Assembly: GCA_003133025.1 (NCBI GenBank)
Contig: PKZK01000252.1
Span: forward strand, 8,004 to 20,279
DNA: 12,276 nt
Direction: 5' to 3'
Origin: Vulcanimicrobiota bacterium
GTDB taxonomy: Bacteria > Vulcanimicrobiota > Vulcanimicrobiia > Vulcanimicrobiales > Vulcanimicrobiaceae
Shown one piece after another: positions 6,835 to 12,276 of this stretch. A program made the translations under genes and the position numbers. How positions within the stretch are numbered: position 1 is the first letter of the stretch; each line of letters opens with the position of its first letter. The notes beneath the pieces were generated by a model that was given only the letters and a program-made list of their open reading frames with translations, had not been told where the DNA came from and did not search any database.

Positions 6835-7910
6835 CGGCGCAGCGCCGGTTGCGCGAGCGGGGCGCGTTTGCGCGCGAACGCGGGCGCCATCGCCGCGTAG
6901 AGTTCGTCGGGTCCGAAACGCACCACGTCGTCGGCGGGCAGGCCGGTCTCGATGCGCGCGCGTTCGATCTCCTCGCGCGCCGTCGCGTCGTCGAGTCCGG
7001 CGGTGTTGAGCGCGATGCCCGCAACGAGCGCCGGCTTCACGCCCGCGCACAGCGCTTCGTACGTGCGAATCGCCGTGCGGTACGAAAGCAGCGGCGTGTT
7101 CAAGCCGTCGACGGCGGTGCGCGTGGGCCGGTGCACGAGCACGAGCGCGTCGGGCGCCGCGCCGAACAACAGCGCGAGCGTGACCGGCGCGTAGGCCGGA
7201 TTGTTGATGCCGCCCTGACCCTCGACGAAGAGTACGTCGGCGCCGGGAGCGTGTTCCACGACGAGCCGCTCCGCGGCGCCCGTCGCGAAGTCGGCGATGA
7301 CGCGGTCGATCGCGATGCCGCTGCCGGCGATCATGATGCCCGTCTGACCGGTCGCGACGAAGCGCGCGTTCTCGCCGTGGATCAACGCCGAGCGCGTCAA
7401 CTCGAGCGCGGCCGTCATCTTGCCCACCGCGCAATCGGTGCCCACGAGCAAGACGACCCGCGCCTCGACGCCGTACGCTTCGCCCGAGAAGAGCGGCACT
7501 TCGGGCGGTAGACGCACGTCGCGGATCGTGCCGCCGCCGCGCGCGGCGGCCTGGGCGAACTGCGCATCCTCGCCGAGAATCTGGTGTAGTCCGCTCACCA
7601 CCTCCAGCCCAGCCTCGAGTGCCGCGGCGATCGTCGCGCGCCAAGCCCGCGGGAGCGCGCCTCCGGGCGGCGCGACGCCGACGAGCAGCGCCGTCGGCGC
7701 CAGAGGCAGCGCTGCGTCGAAACCGGCCACGATCGGCGCGTCCGAGTTGAGCGTGGGCACGACGTCGCGCACGCGCTTGCCGGCGTGCGTCGCGTCGATG
7801 ACGGCCACCACGTCGTCGTTACCGTACGCGATCACGCCGTGCGCCGTCTTCGCGGAGCGGTCCGCAAACTCGCCGTCGGCGAGGATGACGTAGCGCCGCC
7901 GGCCGCTCAC
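6831..7910 (-). CDS. DUF1611 family protein (DgcN-like putative D-glutamate N-acetyltransferase; P-loop-like fold)
   Basis: AKTAHGVI, VGVAPPGGALP, VVSGLH, VGTDCAVGKMT, FVATGQTGIMI, DFATGAAE, VEGQG, LLFGAAPDALVLVH are DUF1611 motifs. GTG at 7910 overlaps the epimerase TGA (GTGA). Confidence 0.9.
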   Translation of the reverse strand: MSGRRRYVILADGEFADRSAKTAHGVIAYGNDDVVAVIDATHAGKRVRDVVPTLNSDAPIVAGFDAALPLAPTALLVGVAPPGGALPRAWRATIAAALEAGLEVVSGLHQILGEDAQFAQAAARGGGTIRDVRLPPEVPLFSGEAYGVEARVVLLVGTDCAVGKMTAALELTRSALIHGENARFVATGQTGIMIAGSGIAIDRVIADFATGAAERLVVEHAPGADVLFVEGQGGINNPAYAPVTLALLFGAAPDALVLVHRPTRTAVDGLNTPLLSYRTAIRTYEALCAGVKPALVAGIALNTAGLDDATAREEIERARIETGLPADDVVRFGPDELYAAMAPAFARKRAPLAQPALRR

Positions 7911-8926
7911 GCCGCGGCGCGCTCGCGCACGCCGAGGCCCGGCCGGTCGCTGAGGATCAGCTTGCCGTCGGCATACGTTACGCCGCTGAATGGATCGTCG
8001 GCGGTCAAGAACGGACCGTCGAGATCGGCCCAATCGACCGCCGGCGAGATGTGCGCCGCGGCGGTGGTCAGCACCGCGCTCTCGACCATGCAGCCGAGCA
8101 TGATCTTCAGGCCGAGCGCGCGCGCCGTGCAGATCATGGAAATCGCGCCGCGCAGGCCGCCGCACTTGACCAGCTTGATGTTGATGCCGTCGACGCAGCC
8201 TTGCAGCGCGGGCAGATCGCGCGAATCGCGCGCGTCTTCGTCGGCGACCAGCGGCACGGACGTGCGTTCGCGAATCCAGCGCAGCCGCTCGGGCGCTCCG
8301 GCCGGGATCGGCTGTTCGCAGAATTCGAGGTCGCAGCGTTCGAGTTCGCCGAGCACCGCGACCGCGCGTTCGGGCGTCCAGGCTTCGTTGGCGTCGACGC
8401 GCAACGCGCCCGTGTAGCGTGCGCGCATCGCGCGGATCAGTTCCACGTCGTCGGCCGTGCCGAGCTTGACCTTGATCACCGGGTGCGTGCGGATCTCGTC
8501 GAGTTTGGCCAGCATCCGCTCGGGCGTATCGATGCCCACCGTAAACGAGGTGACCGGCGTGCGCGCCGGGTCGAAGCCGCAGATCTGCCAAAGTGGACGG
8601 TCGAGGTCTTTGCCGATCCAATCGTAGAGCGCCACGTCGAGCGCGCAGCGGGCTGCGGGCGGCAGGCCGGTCAGCAATCGTGCGACCGCGTACGGATCGT
8701 CGCCCAGCGGGTGCGCGCGCAGCGCCGCGGCCACCGATTCGACGCTCTCGGCGTATCGCGCGCTCGGCGCGGCTTCACCCAGGCCCTCGTGCTCGCCGTG
8801 CTGCAGCCGGACGATCAGCGTGTGTGCGTCGGTCTCGGAACCGCGCGCGATCGTAAAGGTGTGAACGAGCGGCAGCCGGAGTTCGTCGAGCGACAAATGC
8901 ACCCGCGGCGTCTTACGCGATAGCAC
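7907..8926 (-). CDS. Enolase-superfamily dipeptide epimerase (L-Ala-D/L-Glu epimerase / DgcA-like racemase)
   Basis: FTIARGS (specificity Arg), GLGEAAP, KVK catalytic Lys, metal ligands in DANE, EQP and ADE, NIKLVKCGG second Lys, GCMVES, and the DLDG (DxD) dipeptide-epimerase motif. GTG 8926 has AGGAG upstream; GTG 8902 is an alternative start. Confidence 0.93.
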   Translation of the reverse strand: MLSRKTPRVHLSLDELRLPLVHTFTIARGSETDAHTLIVRLQHGEHEGLGEAAPSARYAESVESVAAALRAHPLGDDPYAVARLLTGLPPAARCALDVALYDWIGKDLDRPLWQICGFDPARTPVTSFTVGIDTPERMLAKLDEIRTHPVIKVKLGTADDVELIRAMRARYTGALRVDANEAWTPERAVAVLGELERCDLEFCEQPIPAGAPERLRWIRERTSVPLVADEDARDSRDLPALQGCVDGINIKLVKCGGLRGAISMICTARALGLKIMLGCMVESAVLTTAAAHISPAVDWADLDGPFLTADDPFSGVTYADGKLILSDRPGLGVRERAAA

Positions 8927-8983
8927 GCACGGCTCCTATGGAGTCAAGGGCGCCGCGGGCGCCGCTTGGGGAACGAGGGAAAC

Positions 8984-10486
8984 ATGGCTATCCGGTTTCG
9001 ACGCTCGATCGTCTGGTTTCGCCGGGATCTGCGACTCGACGATCACGTCGCGCTCGACCTCGCCGCGCGGGAGAGCCGCGAAGTGGTCTGCGCGTTCGTG
9101 CTCGATCCTTCGTTGCTGCGCTCCGACCGAGTCGGTCCGCCGATCGTCTCGTTCTTCTTCGATGCGCTCGCGGAGTTGCGTCGCGACCTGCGCGCGCGCG
9201 GCGGCGAGCTGGTCTTGCTGCAGGGCGATTTCGCCGGCGAATTGAGCGAGTTGGCGCGGCGGGTGGAGGCCGACGCGCTGTACTACAACCGCGACGTCGA
9301 CCCGGCCGCGCTCTCGCGCGACGAGCGCGTCGCCGCGCGCTTGGAGGCGCGCGGCGTGCGCGTCGTCGCCTTGAACGATTTGACCTACTTCGCGGCGGAC
9401 GAGGTGCGGCAGGCTTCGGGCTCGGCATACGTCGTGTTCACGCCCTTCAAGCGCCGCTGGCTCGAACGGCAGCGCGAAGACCCGCGGCCGCCGGCCGATT
9501 CGCTGCGCGCGCTGGCGAAGAAGGCGCTGGGCGCGAGCGCGCTCGAGGCGGCGGGCGTCGCCGAACTCGGCGTGCCGAGCCCCGAACTCTTCGGCCACGC
9601 GCGCTCGAGCGCGTATCCCGCGGGCGGCGCGTCGCGCGGGGCTGCATTGCTCGATGCGTTTCTCGCCGAGCGGGCGGCGGCGTACGCCTCGGCGCGCAAC
9701 ATTCCGGCGCTCGACGGCACCTCGCAACTCTCGCCGCATCTGCGCGCGGGCACGCTGGGCATTCGCCGCTGCTTTGCGCGCGCGTTCGAAGCGCGCGACG
9801 CCGCGCGCGGCTCGACGACCGGTTTCGATACCTGGATCTCGGAGTTGATCTGGCGCGAATTCTATCAGCAGATCCTCGCGAATTTTCCGCGCGTCGCGAG
9901 CGGCCCGTTCGTGGAGGCCGCGCAGCGCATTCGCTGGCGCGACGACGAACGGGATTGGATCGCCTGGCGCGATGCGCGCACGGGCTATCCGATCGTCGAC
10001 GCGGGCCTGCGTCAACTCGAACGAACGGGCTGGATGCACAATCGCGTGCGCATGATCGCCGCGTCGTTCTTGACCAAGGATCTGTTGCTCGACTATCGCT
10101 TGGGCGAACGTCACTTCGAGCAACGCCTCGCCGACGCCGATCTCGCCGCGAACAACGGCGGCTGGCAGTGGTCGGCCTCGACGGGAACGGACGCCGCACC
10201 GTACTTTCGCGTGTTCAATCCCGTGCTGCAAAGCCGTAAATTCGATCCCGACGGCGATTATCTACGCACCTGGCTTCCCGAACTGAGTAAGCTCGATGCG
10301 CGCGGCATTCACGAGCCCTGGACCGTTTCGCCCCTCGAACTCGAGGCCGCGGGCGTGCGCCTCGGGCGCGACTATCCCGAACCCGTCGTGGATCACTTTA
10401 TCGCTCGCGAACGCGCCCTCGCGACGTTCGGCCCCGTCTTGGGCAAAACTGCATTAGGCAAAACGGCTGCTTCTGTCAAGTCTTGA
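8984..10486 (+). CDS. phr: Deoxyribodipyrimidine photolyase (CPD photolyase, class I-like)
   Basis: IVWFRRDLRLDDH, YVVFTPF, GTSQLSPHL, ELIWREFY, TGYPIVDAG, GWMHNRVRM, ADADLAANNGGWQWSASTGTDAAPYFRVFNP, IHEPW. ATG at 8984 follows GAGGGA. Confidence 0.96.
   Translation: MAIRFRRSIVWFRRDLRLDDHVALDLAARESREVVCAFVLDPSLLRSDRVGPPIVSFFFDALAELRRDLRARGGELVLLQGDFAGELSELARRVEADALYYNRDVDPAALSRDERVAARLEARGVRVVALNDLTYFAADEVRQASGSAYVVFTPFKRRWLERQREDPRPPADSLRALAKKALGASALEAAGVAELGVPSPELFGHARSSAYPAGGASRGAALLDAFLAERAAAYASARNIPALDGTSQLSPHLRAGTLGIRRCFARAFEARDAARGSTTGFDTWISELIWREFYQQILANFPRVASGPFVEAAQRIRWRDDERDWIAWRDARTGYPIVDAGLRQLERTGWMHNRVRMIAASFLTKDLLLDYRLGERHFEQRLADADLAANNGGWQWSASTGTDAAPYFRVFNPVLQSRKFDPDGDYLRTWLPELSKLDARGIHEPWTVSPLELEAAGVRLGRDYPEPVVDHFIARERALATFGPVLGKTALGKTAASVKS
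10439..10468 (+). repeat. Imperfect 15-bp tandem duplication (TTGGGCAAAACTGCA / TTAGGCAAAACGGCT)
   Basis: 12 of 15 positions identical. Encodes LGKTA-LGKTA at the photolyase C-terminus and lies just upstream of the predicted 6S -35 box. Confidence 0.75.
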
Positions 10487-10502
10487 CCGATGGTGAGACA
10501 AT
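10473..10502 (+). promoter_or_regulatory. Putative sigma70-type promoter of the 6S RNA, overlapping the phr stop codon
   Basis: CTGTCA (10473-10478), 18-nt spacer, extended -10 TG-A-GACAAT (10494-10502). The predicted start near 10510 coincides with the first base of the RNA's terminal stem. Confidence 0.6.
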
Positions 10503-10509
10503 GGAGTCT

Positions 10510-10690
10510 GGAAGCTCGACTGCGCTCGTACGCGTACTTGTCTAGGTGTAGGACCAACGTAAACACCAAGGGAGCCAAGCTCCGGATACGACGGCGTGGG
10601 GCAACCCACCAAACCGGCGCCCGGGCCGCACCCACCTGCTAAAAGCAGGTCTCTACCCGGGCATGCAGACGGCAGTGTGGTCGAGTTCCC
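10510..10690 (+). ncRNA. ssrS: 6S RNA
   Basis: About 180 nt. Terminal stem GGAAGCUCGACUGCGCU (10510-10526) pairs with AGUGUGGUCGAGUUCC (10674-10689). A/C-rich central bubble ACCAACGUAAACACCAA; GGGAGC...GCACCCACCUG signature of Firmicutes-type 6S; 3' bubble hairpin ACCUGCU-AAA-AGCAGGU; apical GUGGG-GCAA-CCCAC tetraloop hairpin. Not confirmed by a covariance search. Confidence 0.86.
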
Positions 10691-10691
10691 C

Positions 10692-11420
10692 TCACACCTT
10701 TTCGCGAGCGAACTCGGTGCGCAAGCGCGCCAGCGCTCGATGAAATGCGGCGCGGTCGCCGCGCTCGTCGCGCCGGTCGATCGTCACGAAACCGCGGAAG
10801 CCGCGTAATCCCTCGACGAGCGTTTGCGCGAGCGCGTCGCCGGGCAGGGCGAACGCCGCCACGTCGTCGACGTCGCACACGCCGAGAATCGTCTTCGTCA
10901 GCAGCGCGTCGCTGCGATCGACCGCGGCGAGTTCGGTCGCGGCCAGCGCGAAGCGCAACCACGAACTGTCGACGTCCTTGGCCAGTCGCTTGAGGTCGGC
11001 GCCGGAGGCGCAGAGCGTTTCGGGCGCGTTGCGCAGGGCCAAGGGAACGTTGAGCCGCTTGGCCGTGCCGAGCGCTTCGCGTAGCGCCGCCGAAAACGCG
11101 CCCCACGCGTCGGGGTCGTCGCTTGCCGGCGAGGCCGCGAGCGTCACCAGCGGCGCACCCAAACGCAGCGCGGCGTCGAGCGCGACGGCGAGATCCTCGA
11201 CGCCCTCCGTCGCTACGCCCGCAACCGTCAGCCCGAGATCGACGGAGGTCTTCTTGACCTGCGCCAGATACTCGTCGTCGCGGCGCGGGAAGTGGCGCAG
11301 GTCGAGCAGCACGCCGTCGAGTTCGAGTTCCGCGGCGCAGAGATCCAACCACTCGAGGTGCGTGAGCGCGCCGGCCGCGAGATCGGCGGCGAACGATGCG
11401 CTCGAAGCGGCTATCTTCAT
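10692..11420 (-). CDS. Xylose-isomerase-like TIM-barrel protein (sugar-phosphate isomerase/epimerase family), apparently lacking metal ligands
   Basis: MKIAASSASF...LEWLDLCAAELELDGV...YLAQVKKTSVDLGLTVAGV...ALDAALRLGAPLV...AKRLNVPLALRNAP...RGFRGFVTID follows the AP_endonuc_2 pattern. ATG at 11420. Confidence 0.75.
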   Translation of the reverse strand: MKIAASSASFAADLAAGALTHLEWLDLCAAELELDGVLLDLRHFPRRDDEYLAQVKKTSVDLGLTVAGVATEGVEDLAVALDAALRLGAPLVTLAASPASDDPDAWGAFSAALREALGTAKRLNVPLALRNAPETLCASGADLKRLAKDVDSSWLRFALAATELAAVDRSDALLTKTILGVCDVDDVAAFALPGDALAQTLVEGLRGFRGFVTIDRRDERGDRAAFHRALARLRTEFAREKV

Positions 11421-11480
11421 CAGCCCGGCGTTTTCGGGCTTGCGGGCGGCGCTCCCGTTCGTGCGGAAAAGGGCCTCACC

Positions 11481-11990
11481 ATGAAGATCGCCCTCGCCGC
11501 GGACCATGCCGGGTTCGCTTACAAAGACGACATCGTCGCGCTGCTGCGCACGCTCGGCCACGAGCCCCACGATTTCGGCGCCGCCGATGCGACGCCGGTC
11601 GACTATCCCGATTACGGTTTCGTCGTCGGTCTCGCCGTCGCCAGCGGCGCGTTCGATCGCGGCATCGTCGTCTGCGGTTCGAGCGTCGGCATCGCGATCG
11701 CGGCCAATAAGGTCGAAGGCGTGCGCTGTGCGGCCGTCTTCGATCAACTCGCCTGCGAACTTTCGCGCCGGCACAACAACGCCAACGTGCTCGCCGTCTC
11801 CGAGCGGCTCTCGGGTTGGGAGCAGATCGAACGCCTCGTGCACGTCTTCCTGGAAACGCCCTTCGAGAGCGGGGGCCGTCACTCGCATCGCGTGGCGAAA
11901 CTCGCCTACGGTCCGGCCGAACAGGCCAAGGCGCGTGCCGATCTCGCGCGCGGATTCGTCGAGGGAGCGCAGACGCCGGCGCCGCTCTGA
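11481..11990 (+). CDS. rpiB: Ribose-5-phosphate isomerase B (RpiB/LacAB family)
   Basis: MKIALAADHAGF, VDYPDY, GIVVCGSSVGIAIAANKVEGVRCA, RRHNNANVL, TPFESGGRHSHRV. Adjacent to glyA as in the common rpiB-glyA synteny. Confidence 0.94.
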   Translation: MKIALAADHAGFAYKDDIVALLRTLGHEPHDFGAADATPVDYPDYGFVVGLAVASGAFDRGIVVCGSSVGIAIAANKVEGVRCAAVFDQLACELSRRHNNANVLAVSERLSGWEQIERLVHVFLETPFESGGRHSHRVAKLAYGPAEQAKARADLARGFVEGAQTPAPL

Positions 11991-12082
11991 GCGAGCGTGC
12001 GCGCGCGCATCGCGACGCCGGCCGATGGCCCGCGGCCATGAGCGGGGCGGGCCCGGCCGGGGCGTAGGCGAAGTCTGTTCTC

Positions 12083-12276
12083 ATGCAGACGCTCGAAAAC
12101 GCCGCTCTGTCCGGCTCCATCCTCGACACGGTCGACCCCGAGGTCGCCGCGGCGATCCACTTCGAGGAAGCCCGCCAGCGGGAAAACCTCGAGCTGATCG
12201 CCTCCGAGAACTACGCCAGCCGCGCCGTGCGCGAAGCGACGGGCTCGGTGCTGACCAACAAATATGCCGAAGGCTA
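12083..12276 (+). CDS. glyA: Serine hydroxymethyltransferase, 5' part (truncated by window end)
   Basis: Hand translation from ATG 12083: [70 protein letters not shown] and LTNKYAEG are SHMT signatures. Confidence 0.96.
   Translation, partial: MQTLENAALSGSILDTVDPEVAAAIHFEEARQRENLELIASENYASRAVREATGSVLTNKYAEG

Noticed and set aside
4780..6900. 706-aa plus-strand ORF and other long Arg/Ala-rich ORFs (for example 4277-5269, 8051-8923, 8936-10231, 8938-10239)
   Set aside because: Shadow or alternate-frame ORFs expected from stop-codon scarcity at high GC; each overlaps a well-supported gene.
6835..8621. Long N-terminal extensions in the ORF track (SBP to 7644, DUF1611 to 8621; likewise peptidase to 5815, trmL to 4694, TIM barrel to 11888, rpiB from 11292) suggesting fusions or frameshifts
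   Set aside because: The extensions are low-complexity translations overlapping neighbouring genes. Real starts are marked by stop/start overlaps, a signal peptide or a family-typical N-terminus.
11413..11488. Inverted repeat ATCTTCAT / ATGAAGAT flanking the TIM-barrel/rpiB spacer
   Set aside because: Explained by both divergent genes beginning Met-Lys-Ile; no evidence of an operator or mobile-element end.
11991..12082. GC-rich hairpins between rpiB and glyA as a possible ZTP, THF or glycine riboswitch, or a terminator
   Set aside because: No recognisable consensus of those riboswitches and no U-tract; such hairpins are expected at this GC content. An Rfam scan would be decisive.
1..12276. 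CRISPR arrays, tRNA/rRNA genes, IS elements, prophage or defence genes
   Set aside because: No spaced direct repeats, cloverleaf, transposase/integrase motifs or compositional break seen.

Overview
GC-rich, gene-dense bacterial chromosomal window with no mobile element or CRISPR array. Gene style suggests a Terrabacteria-type soil lineage, possibly Eremiobacterota/WPS-2, but this is inference only. Left to right it holds: an LCP-family gene (minus, cut by the window edge); a membrane protein ending in a RAPP motif; a divergent small secreted protein; a family-5 uracil-DNA glycosylase; an Fsr-like MFS transporter; a five-gene translationally coupled minus-strand operon (read right to left: dipeptide epimerase, DUF1611/DgcN-like protein, family-5 peptide-binding lipoprotein, C39-like peptidase, TrmL); a CPD photolyase; a 6S RNA with its own promoter; a degenerate xylose-isomerase-like TIM barrel; rpiB; and the 5' end of glyA. 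The most striking signal is at 650-735. The RAPP codons of the membrane protein are followed immediately by a 7-nt sequence exactly complementary to the Shine-Dalgarno region of the downstream LCP gene. This is the architecture of a ribosome-arrest (SecM/MifM/ApdA/CruR-type) leader, here apparently controlling a cell-envelope LCP enzyme. The second is a probable murein-peptide/D-glutamate salvage operon in which a C39-like peptidase occupies the slot usually held by YkfC or MpaA.
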